A stretch of 64,000 nt of DNA from Spirochaetia bacterium (GTDB taxonomy: Bacteria > Spirochaetota > Spirochaetia > SZUA-6 > Bin103): positions 6,464,001 to 6,528,000 of the forward strand of contig CBDBDQ010000005.1 in the NCBI GenBank assembly GCA_965203905.1, read 5' to 3'. A model generated the notes under the pieces. The model was not told the DNA's origin. It saw nothing but the letters and a program-made list of their open reading frames with translations, and did no database searches. Position 1 is the stretch's first letter; every line of letters starts with the position of its first letter. Shown piece by piece: positions 8,486 to 19,014 of the stretch. A program made the position numbers and the translations under genes.

Positions 8486-9658
8486 TTACGGCAGCGTAGC
8501 CAGCACCTTGGCGACCCGGCTGGCGGCGCCGTCGGACAGGGTCGGATACAGGGGGAACAGCAGACAGCGCCGCGCCAGATCCTGGGCGCCGCCGAGGCTG
8601 CCGACCGGCGCGACCGCGGGATCGGCCGCGTCCGCCGCTGCCGCGCCGTCCGTTGCGCCGGCCGCTATGCGGGTCAGGGCACAGCCGTCGTAGGCGAGCC
8701 CGGTCTCCACCTGGTGGCGCGCGGCGTAGCGCCGCACGTCGCGCATGCCGTCGGCCACCAGCACCGGAAACTGGTGCCCCGCGAGGGCCTGGGAATGGGC
8801 CGCCAGCGTACGGTGCCGGCAGCGGGCCACCGCGTCGCGGAACCGAGCGCTCAGATCGGTACACCGTTGGTGGCTGCCGACGCGGTCCTGCCACTGCGCC
8901 AGGGCCAGCGCCGCGTTCACGTCGGGCAACTCGGCCCAGCCGTGATCACGCGCCTCGCCGGCCAGCAGCCGCTGGTCCTTGCGACTGCGCGCCAGCACCA
9001 GGGCACCGCCGCCCGCCGCCAGCGGCCCGTATCCGCCGAGAGCCACCACGACCACGGAGCCGGGCGCGCCGGCCGCCGGCACCGCCGGCCTCGTTTCCGG
9101 CGCCTGGGCGGAGCCACCGGCGGCGGTCCCGGAGCCGGCGGCCGCCGCCGGCTCCAGGCCCAGCACCACCGCGGTGACATCCTCTACCAGCGGCACTCCC
9201 AACTCCTGCAGGGCATCCGTGGCGCACGGCTGCCCGGGCGCGTGGCAGGCCACCGCGGCCTGCGGTTCGGCAGCCGCCAGACGCTGCAGCGACTCTAACG
9301 ACAGCGAGCCGGTGTCAGGATCGGCATCCACCAGCAACGGGGTCAGTCCCAGCCGCTCCGCCGCCTGCACGTAGGCCAGCGGCGCCAGGGCCGGCACCAG
9401 CACGCGGCGCGATCCGTCGCCGGCCGTCACCGCCCGCAGGGCCGCGCCGAGGGCGGCTCCATGGTCGGCAAGCGCGACCCCGCCGGCGAGACGCAACGTG
9501 GATGCCACCTCCCGCAGCAGCTTGCGCGCCACGTCCCCGGGGCCGATCTGCTCGGACACCAGGCACTCCAGGACCGCGTGCATCTGGCGCCGCCAAATGG
9601 TGGGACGGTACAACGGGATCTTGGTCGGCGCCGCCCGTTGCGCCGTTTGCCGCGCCAT
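8486..9658 (-). CDS. DegT/DnrJ/EryC1/StrS-like protein (catalytic Lys apparently absent)
   Basis: Fold-type-I features (VLVPALA, VDAD, LVEDVT, GGGAL, LLFPLYPTL); syntenic upstream of nadK-recN as in treponemes. Confidence 0.75.
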   Translation of the reverse strand: MARQTAQRAAPTKIPLYRPTIWRRQMHAVLECLVSEQIGPGDVARKLLREVASTLRLAGGVALADHGAALGAALRAVTAGDGSRRVLVPALAPLAYVQAAERLGLTPLLVDADPDTGSLSLESLQRLAAAEPQAAVACHAPGQPCATDALQELGVPLVEDVTAVVLGLEPAAAAGSGTAAGGSAQAPETRPAVPAAGAPGSVVVVALGGYGPLAAGGGALVLARSRKDQRLLAGEARDHGWAELPDVNAALALAQWQDRVGSHQRCTDLSARFRDAVARCRHRTLAAHSQALAGHQFPVLVADGMRDVRRYAARHQVETGLAYDGCALTRIAAGATDGAAAADAADPAVAPVGSLGGAQDLARRCLLFPLYPTLSDGAASRVAKVLATLP

Positions 9659-9660
9659 CC

Positions 9661-10338
9661 TCAGGCTTCCACCGGCATGGCCTGATCGCTGCCGCAGGTG
9701 CGCACCAGTGGCACAAACCGGCACGCGACGTGAGTAGTCACCATGAAGCTCTCGCCGTAGCGGCGCACCACCACCAGGTGCTGCACCTGGTCGTCCGGCC
9801 CCACCGGCATCACCAGGATCCCGTTGTCCGCCAGCTGCGCGCGCAGCGCCGGCGGTACCGCCGGCGACGCCGCCGCTACCAGGATGCGCTCGAACGGACC
9901 GGCGTCGCGCCAGCCCACCACGCCGTCGCCGATGCGCGCCCGCACGTTGTCGTAGCCCAGCCGCTGCAACACCCCCAGCGCCCGTGCCAGCAATGGTTCG
10001 ACCCGCTCGATGGTGTACAGCTCGCCGGCCAACTGCGCCAGCACCGCGGTCTGGTAGCCGCTGCCGCTGCCCACCTCCAGCACCCGCTCGGAGCCGCGCA
10101 GTTCCAGCAACTCGCTCATCAGCGCCACCATGTAGGGCTGCGACATGGTTTGACCGTGACCGATGAATACCGGTGAATCGCCGTAGCAGGATGCCGGATC
10201 GGATTCGGGGGCGAAACAGTGCCGCGGTACCGCGCGCATCGCGCGCAGCACCCGCCGGTCGTGGACGCCGCGCGCGGCGATCTGTTGCCGCACCATCTGC
10301 TCGGCGAGGTGCGGGTAGGTTCGGTCAGCGGACTCCAA
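9661..10338 (-). CDS. pcm: Protein-L-isoaspartate O-methyltransferase
   Basis: VPRH, GQTMSQPYMVALM, VLEVGSGSGYQTAVLA, CRFVPL. Confidence 0.94.
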   Translation of the reverse strand: MESADRTYPHLAEQMVRQQIAARGVHDRRVLRAMRAVPRHCFAPESDPASCYGDSPVFIGHGQTMSQPYMVALMSELLELRGSERVLEVGSGSGYQTAVLAQLAGELYTIERVEPLLARALGVLQRLGYDNVRARIGDGVVGWRDAGPFERILVAAASPAVPPALRAQLADNGILVMPVGPDDQVQHLVVVRRYGESFMVTTHVACRFVPLVRTCGSDQAMPVEA

Positions 10339-10394
10339 GGTTGCGCCGGTCCCGCGGCGTCATCCGACCGTCCCGGCCTCAGGGCCTGCCGGTC

Positions 10395-10598
10395 CTAACT
10401 CCTGGCAGTGACGCCGTGCTGGGCTCCATTGCGCTCCCGCGCGTCCTTGGCGTGGAGCTTCGACAGCTTGTAGCTCTTGAGCAGCATCCGTATTGCGTCG
10501 TTCACGGCTTCCGTACGATCGTGATAGAACCCCTGCTGGATCATCTCGTCGAGTCCCTCGAGCAGGTATTCCGACGTCTCTACGTATGCTTTCGACAC
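10395..10598 (-). CDS. Ribbon-helix-helix (CopG-like) protein
   Basis: LLEGLDEMIQQGFYHDRTEAVNDAIRMLL fits the RHH pattern; GGAGG RBS. Confidence 0.7.
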   Translation of the reverse strand: MSKAYVETSEYLLEGLDEMIQQGFYHDRTEAVNDAIRMLLKSYKLSKLHAKDARERNGAQHGVTARS

Positions 10599-10680
10599 TT
10601 GGCCCCCTCCTTGCCGCCGTGCTTGCCGTGCGCGGCTGCAGTTCGCCGTGGCTGTACTGTGTCGAGGGCCGCGTTGAAAC

Positions 10681-10754
10681 TGGGCCTGGCTAGAATTGAA
10701 CTAGCGACCTCACGCTTATCAGGCGTGCGCTCTGACCAACTGAGCTACAGGCCC
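10681..10754 (-). tRNA. tRNA-Ile (GAT)
   Basis: GGGCCTGTAGCTCAGTTGGTCAGAGCGCACGCCT-GAT-AAGCGTGAGGTCGCTAGTTCAATTCTAGCCAGGCCCA folds into a cloverleaf; CCA not encoded. Confidence 0.97.
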
Positions 10755-10815
10755 GCGAACGGTGCAGCGCCATGCGCTACGCCACGCGAACGGTACGCGG
10801 CCCTCGACTCCCCGA

Positions 10816-10844
10816 ATGATGGCGCCGGTGGCCGTTCCTGTCAA
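10816..10844 (-). promoter_or_regulatory. Putative promoter for tRNA-Ile and downstream genes
   Basis: TTGACA (10844-10839), N17, CATCAT; weak -10. Confidence 0.4.
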
Positions 10845-10863
10845 CGCCGCCGCGGCACGCCGT

Positions 10864-11217
10864 TCACTTGGAATCGGAGTCGGCGGATGCGGCCTCGTCC
10901 CTGCTGCGGAGCTGGGCCAGGGTCCGTTCCTTCTCGTCGATGCGGCTCTCGATGTCGACCAGCTCGGCTACCAGCTCCTTCACGCCCACCGTGTTCTTGG
11001 AGACCGTGCTCTGAGCGCGTGCCGTAAACGCGTCGTAGACCTCGTGGCCGAGCTGCGAAAGCAGCTTCATCGACTGCCGCTCGAGCTGCAGCACATCGAA
11101 CTTGAGCACCCCCATCTCGCTGAGGTCCTTGGCACCGATACGCGCCTTGTCCAGCACTCCGCGGGAGGCGTCGAGGCCCTGCTCCACTGCCTTCTCGATT
11201 CTATTCCATAGCTTCAT
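10864..11217 (-). CDS. Hypothetical coiled-coil protein
   Basis: GGAGG RBS before ATG, high-GC codon bias, amphipathic helical sequence. Confidence 0.75.
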   Translation of the reverse strand: MKLWNRIEKAVEQGLDASRGVLDKARIGAKDLSEMGVLKFDVLQLERQSMKLLSQLGHEVYDAFTARAQSTVSKNTVGVKELVAELVDIESRIDEKERTLAQLRSRDEAASADSDSK

Positions 11218-11388
11218 GGGACCTCCTACCGCCATAGTTCGCCATTTGTTATTGAGCGGATAGCGCTTCCGAATGTGGTGCCCAATGTATCGCCGCGGAG
11301 GTGCATCGGCAAAACAAATTGTCGCCAGATTGCACCCATACCCCTTTACACTAGGCGGGCTTCGTCAATTATATTGGCCTACAATCAC

Positions 11389-12645
11389 GTGGCTGCACAT
11401 AGGGTAAGGGATCCCTCGCTGGCCGAGCAGGGCGCGCTCAAGATGCGTTGGGCGCAATCGCGCATGCCGGTGTTGGCGGATCTGAAGCGCCAGTACGAAC
11501 ACAGCAAACCGTTGGCCGGGCAACGCATCGCCGGCTGTCTGCACGTCACCAAGGAGACCGGAGTGCTGATCCGAACCCTGCGCGCAGCGGGGGCGGAAGT
11601 GGCGTGGAGTGGCTGCAACCCGCTGTCCACGCAGGACGACGTTGCCGCCGCGCTGGCGGCTGAGGATGTCAGTATCTTCGCCTGGCACGGCCTGTCGGTG
11701 GAGGAGTTCTACTGGTGCATCGACGCCACCCTGAAGATCGAACCGACGCTCACCCTGGACGACGGCGCGGACCTCATCTTCCGGGTCCACGCCCGCCACC
11801 CGGAGCTGGCGGCCAGCATCCTCGGCGGCACCGAGGAGACCACCACCGGGGTCCATCGGCTGCAGGCGATGGCCGCCAGCGGCAAGCTGCGCTATCCGGT
11901 GATGGCGGTCAACAACGCCCAGACCAAGTGGGACTTCGACAACGTCTACGGCACCGGTCAGTCGGCATTGGACGGGGTGCTGCGGGCAACCTCGATCCTG
12001 GTCGCCGGCAAGACCCTGGTCGTGGCCGGCTTCGGACACTGTGGCCGTGGAACCGCGCTCCGCGCCCGCGGCATGGGCGCCCAGGTAGTGGTTACCGAGG
12101 TTGATCCGATCGCCGCGCTCAAAGCGACCCTGGAGGGGTTCGCCGTAATGCCAATGCAGGCAGCAGCGAGAGTGGGCGACGTTTTCATTACCACGACGGG
12201 CATGAAGGACGTGATCACGCGGCGCCACTTCGAATCCATGAAGGACGGCGCGGTGGTCTGCAATGCCGGTCACTACGACTGCGAATTGAATCTCGAAGAT
12301 CTGCGGGAACTGGCTGCCGAGCCGACCGCTATCCGGGCCCACAACCAGGAGCACGTGCTTGCCGACGGGCGCCGCATCTACCTCCTGGCCGAGGGCCGGC
12401 TGGTAAACCTGGCGGCCGCCGAGGGGCACCCCTCCGAGGTAATGGACATGTCGTTCGCCAACCAGTTCCTGAGCCTGATCTCCCTGGCGCAGGACGGCGT
12501 CGAACGGGAGCACCGGGTATATCCCGTCGCGGCGGAGCAGGACCGCCGTATCGCCGAGATCAAGCTGCACACCATGGGAATCGCCATCGACCGCCTGACG
12601 CCCGAGCAGCAGGCGTATCTCCAGGATTACTCGCAGGGCACCTGA
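11389..12645 (+). CDS. ahcY: Adenosylhomocysteinase
   Basis: GCLHVTKET, CNPLSTQDD, EETTTG, FDNVYGTG, GRLVNLAAAEGHPSEVMDMSFANQ. Confidence 0.96.
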   Translation: MAAHRVRDPSLAEQGALKMRWAQSRMPVLADLKRQYEHSKPLAGQRIAGCLHVTKETGVLIRTLRAAGAEVAWSGCNPLSTQDDVAAALAAEDVSIFAWHGLSVEEFYWCIDATLKIEPTLTLDDGADLIFRVHARHPELAASILGGTEETTTGVHRLQAMAASGKLRYPVMAVNNAQTKWDFDNVYGTGQSALDGVLRATSILVAGKTLVVAGFGHCGRGTALRARGMGAQVVVTEVDPIAALKATLEGFAVMPMQAAARVGDVFITTTGMKDVITRRHFESMKDGAVVCNAGHYDCELNLEDLRELAAEPTAIRAHNQEHVLADGRRIYLLAEGRLVNLAAAEGHPSEVMDMSFANQFLSLISLAQDGVEREHRVYPVAAEQDRRIAEIKLHTMGIAIDRLTPEQQAYLQDYSQGT

Positions 12646-13382
12646 TGGCAGCTCCGCCTCGCGTAGGAACGGACCCGGCCCCACCTGCCGAACTGGCGCG
12701 GCAGCGCCCGCTCACCGCGCCCGCCTACCACCTGCTGGTCCTGGGTCCCCCCGGTGCCGGCAAGGGGACCCTGGCGGAGCTGTTGTGCGCGCATCTCGGG
12801 ATCGCGCACGTGTCCACCGGTGACATGTTTCGCGCCGCCATGAGTGCCGGCACCGACCTGGGCCAACAGGTCGCCGCCACCATCAACCGCGGAGCGCTGG
12901 TCTCCGACGAACTGACGGTAGGCCTGGTGCGCGAGCGGCTGGCGGCGGACGACTTGCAGGCAGGCTACCTGCTGGACGGCTTTCCGCGCACCGTTGCCCA
13001 GGCAGTCGCCCTGGAGCGCATCAGCACGATTCATGCCGCCATCAACCTGGAGGTTGCCGACGATCTGGTGGTGCGGCGCATCTCCGGGCGCCGGGTCTGC
13101 CTTCGCGACGGTGAGATCTTTCACCTCGAGCACCATCCCCCGCGGGTAGCCGGGCTGTGCGACCGTTGCGGCTGCCCGTTGATCCAGCGCGACGACGATC
13201 GTCCCGCGGCCGTCCGCCACCGGCTGCAGGTGTACGCCGATCAGACCGCACCACTGGTGGAGTTCTACCGCGACCGCGGGCTGCTGCATCGCGTCGACGG
13301 CAGCCTGACCCCGGTGCAGGTGCGCGACCAGGTCCTCACTCATCTGGGGGTCGAGCGGCAACCGGCCGCGGCGCTGGATTAG
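12645..13382 (+). CDS. adk: Adenylate kinase
   Basis: GPPGAGKGT, STGDMFR, LLDGFPRT, RDDD. Confidence 0.95.
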   Translation: MAAPPRVGTDPAPPAELARQRPLTAPAYHLLVLGPPGAGKGTLAELLCAHLGIAHVSTGDMFRAAMSAGTDLGQQVAATINRGALVSDELTVGLVRERLAADDLQAGYLLDGFPRTVAQAVALERISTIHAAINLEVADDLVVRRISGRRVCLRDGEIFHLEHHPPRVAGLCDRCGCPLIQRDDDRPAAVRHRLQVYADQTAPLVEFYRDRGLLHRVDGSLTPVQVRDQVLTHLGVERQPAAALD

Positions 13383-13413
13383 TCACCACCGCTGGACTAG
13401 CCACCACCGCTGG
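13373..13413. repeat. Short 18-bp tandem repeat across adk stop
   Basis: gctggattagtcaccacc / gctggactagccaccacc / gctgg. Confidence 0.7.
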
Positions 13414-13424
13414 CGGAGGCTACG

Positions 13425-14417
13425 CTATTGCGGCGCGGCCACCAGCTCCGGGAATTGCCCGGTGACCAGATCCAGGACCGCGCCGCGGCGTACCAGCCGC
13501 TCCTCCAGCAACAGCTCGGTCAGCCGGTCGAGGTCGCGGTAGCCGTTCTCCAGCGCCAGGGTGAGCGCGGCCAGACCGGCGCCATGGTCCTCCAGCGCGG
13601 CAAGCAGGATCCACGCGCGCTCGAACGCCAGCTCCGCCTGCCGGCCGTCGCCGGCCGGCAACAGCTCGGCCGCCGACTCGTACGCTTCCAGCGCCGTCTC
13701 GTAGCGGCCCCGCTGCCGTTCCACCTGGGCCCACGTCGCCAGCGCGTCGGCGTCGTCCGGCACCGCCTCCAGGTACTCGCCGAGCACCCGCGCGGCCTCC
13801 TCGGGCGGGCCGGTCTGGGCCAGCAGCGCGCCCAGGCGGTAGCGCGCCTGATGATCGTCAGGATCGAACCGCAGCACCGTGCGCAACTCCTCCGCGGCGG
13901 CCGGGAGCTCGCCCAGCGCCCACAGCAGAATCGCGGCGTTGTAGCGGGCCGTGGTCTGCTCCGGCTGCACCTGCAGCAACCGGCGGTAGGTCGCCAGGGC
14001 ATCCCCCAGGCGGCCCCGGCGCTCGTCGCTGATCGCCTGCAGTTCCAGGACCCGTACGTTCACCGGGTCGGCGGCCAGCAGCACGGCAAGGTGGCCGGCG
14101 GCAGCGTTCGCGGCGCCGAGCTCCAGCAGGGCTACCGCCAGATTGAAGCGCGTGTCAGCGGCGTCCGGCTGCAATTCCAGGCCACGTTGGAAGTAATCGG
14201 CAGCCTGCTGCGGCTCGCCCAGCTCCAGGTAGCCGGTGCCGAGATGGAAGTACTCCGCGGCGAGCTGGGCGCGACTCACGTCGGTGGCGCAAGCGGCGCC
14301 GAGCAGCAGGGCGACGGCGGCGCAGCACAGGGCGCGGGCGCTGCGGCGGGCGCCCGCGAAGCACGCCATGGCGCGCGCATGATCGACCCCCGCACGGTAC
14401 ACTGTCAGCGTCATCAT
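13425..14417 (-). CDS. TPR-repeat lipoprotein
   Basis: Lipobox-like LLGAAC followed by several TPR units (YFHLG, RFNLA, RYNAA, RYRLG); start uncertain. Confidence 0.8.
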   Translation of the reverse strand: MMTLTVYRAGVDHARAMACFAGARRSARALCCAAVALLLGAACATDVSRAQLAAEYFHLGTGYLELGEPQQAADYFQRGLELQPDAADTRFNLAVALLELGAANAAAGHLAVLLAADPVNVRVLELQAISDERRGRLGDALATYRRLLQVQPEQTTARYNAAILLWALGELPAAAEELRTVLRFDPDDHQARYRLGALLAQTGPPEEAARVLGEYLEAVPDDADALATWAQVERQRGRYETALEAYESAAELLPAGDGRQAELAFERAWILLAALEDHGAGLAALTLALENGYRDLDRLTELLLEERLVRRGAVLDLVTGQFPELVAAPQ

Positions 14418-14709
14418 GGGCGCTCGAAGACCAGCTCGTACCCGGTGCCGTGCCCGCATCGCCAGCTTGCTCGGCGTGGCGCTGCTGGCCGCCGGCGCCT
14501 GCGGCGGCGATCGGCAGGTGCCCGAGTCGGGCCGCTACCAGGAGTCCCCGATGCTGCGCGAACGGGTCGAGGCCGGGGAGCTGCCGCCGGTGGAAGAGCG
14601 CCTGCCGGACGAGCCGCTGGTGGTGGAGGTTCCGGAAGTGGGCGAATACGGCGGCAGCCTGGGCGGCGGCCGCGTAATCCAGAGTGACGAATGGCGCCGC
14701 ACCCGCTAG
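14416..14709 (+). pseudogene. N-terminal fragment of ABC substrate-binding lipoprotein
   Basis: Signal peptide/lipobox, then ESPMLRERVEAGELPPVEERLPDEPLVV...GEYGG, typical of family-5 SBP N-termini; stops at 97 aa. Confidence 0.75.
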
Positions 14710-14770
14710 CGCCCCGCCTGTCGTACGGAGTCGGTCGGGCCTGCCGCTGGCGCGCCAATCCGACAGACTC

Positions 14771-15775
14771 CTAACGCCGGACGCGGACCCGGCGGCCGGT
14801 TCGGCCCGCCTCCAGCAGCGCGTCCAGCACGCCCAGCACCTGCAGGTTGCGCCGGCCGCTGGTCTCCGGCTCCGCTCCACCGTTGATCCAGTCGGCGAAT
14901 CCGGCCGCCACCTGCTGGTCCAGTGAGAGGGCGGGTGCGGGATCGATGGCCAGCGCCTGCCAATCCCCTGCGCCGGGCGTTGCCAGCTCGATCAACTCGT
15001 CGCCGCTGAAGGAGCGGGTATTGCGGTAGCGGAGCGCACCGCGCTCGCACTCCAGGCGCAGCTCGAAACTGTTGATCCGGGCATCGGAGGTGGACACCAC
15101 CGCCACGCGGCAGCCGTTGTCCAGGGTCAACTCGGCGGTGGCAGTGGACTCCCGGCGCCAGGTGGTGGCCGGCGGCCGGTAGCAGTGACCGCTGACGGCG
15201 GTGACCGGCTGCGCGATCATCGCCAGCAGGGAATCGACCTCATGCACCGTCATCTGCCAGAGCTGGGACTGCGGCGAATCGGGGTACTCGCCGCCGCGCG
15301 CCTTGTACGAGAGCAGGTGGCCTACCTGGGGCTGTCCCCAGCGCTGCTCACGCAGCAGCCGGCGCATGGTGCGCTGGCCCGGGAGATAGCGCCACTGCTG
15401 CACTACCGCAATCTTGCGGTCGCGTGCGGCCGCCAGTTCCAGCAGCCGGCGCGCGCTGTCCACGGTAGAGGTAAACGGCTTCTCCACCAGCACGTGGGTT
15501 CCGGCCTGCAACGCCTGCTCCACCAGTTCCTCGTGGGTGCGGGCCCAGGTCGCGACCACCACCGCGTCGCAGGCGGTGGCGGCCAGCGCCTCCTCGAGGG
15601 AGCCGTAGGCGAGCTCCTCCGGCAGCGCTTCCTCCGCGCACAGCTTGCCCAGGCGGGCCGCGTCGAGGTCGACGACCGCGGCCAATTCGTACTGCTCGGC
15701 GAGCGCGCGCACGCTGCGCAGGTGGGACCGACCGCGTCCCGCGCCCACGATGACCGTACGGATCCGGTCAGCCAT
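14771..15775 (-). CDS. Gfo/Idh/MocA oxidoreductase
   Basis: VIVGAG Rossmann start; HVLVEKP motif. Confidence 0.9.
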   Translation of the reverse strand: MADRIRTVIVGAGRGRSHLRSVRALAEQYELAAVVDLDAARLGKLCAEEALPEELAYGSLEEALAATACDAVVVATWARTHEELVEQALQAGTHVLVEKPFTSTVDSARRLLELAAARDRKIAVVQQWRYLPGQRTMRRLLREQRWGQPQVGHLLSYKARGGEYPDSPQSQLWQMTVHEVDSLLAMIAQPVTAVSGHCYRPPATTWRRESTATAELTLDNGCRVAVVSTSDARINSFELRLECERGALRYRNTRSFSGDELIELATPGAGDWQALAIDPAPALSLDQQVAAGFADWINGGAEPETSGRRNLQVLGVLDALLEAGRTGRRVRVRR

Positions 15776-15784
15776 AGCCACCTG

Positions 15785-17734
<1,950 letters not shown>

Positions 17735-17775
17735 TCACGGCGACGCGCAGGGTAGCCGATTCCACGGGTCGCCGG

Positions 17776-18108
17776 CTACTCCTTGAGCACCAGGTGCACC
17801 AGCACCTGCAGGCTGGTGCCGGGGGGCAGGCTGCCGGTGAGCCGCAGCCAGCCGCCGAACTCGCGCAACCGCGCCCAGGCCGTTTCCTCCGCCCCTGCCG
17901 GGATGCGCACCTCCGTGCCCTCGGGGCACCAATGCATCCCGTCCGGGCTGAGCTCGACCCGAGCCACCGCTCCGGCGGGCGCGCTGCCCTCCAGCACGCG
18001 GATGAAGAACAGCGCCTCCGCGGCCCAGGCGCACTCCTGCGGCTCGGTGGCGAAGGCGCCTTCCCAGGTGGTGCCCAGCTCGATGGCGGTGGTGTGACTC
18101 TGACGCAC
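17776..18108 (-). CDS. Conserved hypothetical beta-rich protein
   Basis: GGAGG RBS + GTG; FATEPxECAWAxEA and ELSPDGMHW motifs; coupled to the upstream gene. Confidence 0.7.
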   Translation of the reverse strand: MRQSHTTAIELGTTWEGAFATEPQECAWAAEALFFIRVLEGSAPAGAVARVELSPDGMHWCPEGTEVRIPAGAEETAWARLREFGGWLRLTGSLPPGTSLQVLVHLVLKE

Positions 18109-18109
18109 G

Positions 18110-18979
18110 TCAGCCCTCCCCGGTGGATGCCAGCACCGAGTCCAGGTACAGGAACGCCCGCCGCGCCGCATCGCTCTCCACCCAGAACACGATGTTGAGC
18201 ATCGACCACAGGTTGGGCATCGCCGGCAGGTTCATCGGCTCGACCGCGCCGAGGTCGAACACCCGTTCGTTGCATTGGAAGTCGCGAAACCGCATCTCGC
18301 GCAGATCGAAGTCGAGGCGCAGATAGTACCAGTTGTGCTTGGTGGCGATCTCGTTGTAGCACAGCCGCTGGTCGCCGCCGGGAATGTCCTCCCACTGCCG
18401 CGAAGCGAGGTGGAAGTGGGACCAGGTCTTGCCACGGGGCCCGATGTCGCGCAGCGGCTCGCGCCGGTTCTTGTACTGCCAGCGCTCCACGCGCTCGCCG
18501 GCGAAGGCATTGAGGTAGCGTACGTGCGGCATCACCCGCAGTGGCGCGGAAGACTGGCCGTCGGCATGCTGCAGATCCAGCACCATGCCCAGCGCCCGCA
18601 CCGCCGTCTCGCTCAACTCCAGCGCGCTCGCCTCCGGCTTGAAGGTGACGATCGCCTCCACCCGCACGGTGCTCCAGTGGCGGAACGTGAAGCGCTTGAT
18701 GGCGGTGCTGAAGGCGCCCGGCTTGGGGCGGGTGGCCAGCTTGAGGGCGTAGCTGCCGCCGAGGGCGCCGGAGGTGCCGGCGTCCCACATGCTGAGGTTG
18801 CTGAGCATCGGCCCGCGCATGTCCATGTACTCCGGCAGCATGGAGTCGATGCGGTCCTCGTAGTTGCCGATCAGCGCGCCCCAGCCGCACAGGCCGCGGT
18901 TGAAGTCGTCGTGGCACAGGATTCGCGGCAGCGGATCAAACAGCCCGCCGCGCGCCGCCGCGCCGGTGGTCGGTGCCAT
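18110..18979 (-). CDS. Conserved hypothetical protein (possibly DUF6772-like)
   Basis: Strong codon bias; aromatic-rich beta protein (DDFNRG, CYNEIATKHNWYYLR). Family name is from memory only. Confidence 0.7.
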   Translation of the reverse strand: MAPTTGAAARGGLFDPLPRILCHDDFNRGLCGWGALIGNYEDRIDSMLPEYMDMRGPMLSNLSMWDAGTSGALGGSYALKLATRPKPGAFSTAIKRFTFRHWSTVRVEAIVTFKPEASALELSETAVRALGMVLDLQHADGQSSAPLRVMPHVRYLNAFAGERVERWQYKNRREPLRDIGPRGKTWSHFHLASRQWEDIPGGDQRLCYNEIATKHNWYYLRLDFDLREMRFRDFQCNERVFDLGAVEPMNLPAMPNLWSMLNIVFWVESDAARRAFLYLDSVLASTGEG

Positions 18980-19014
18980 GACCGCCATTCTACCCGCACG
19001 CTATGATCCGGGCC

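Noticed and set aside
13373-13413. 18-bp tandem repeat as a functional array
   Set aside because: Only ~2.3 units with no spacers; probable slippage.
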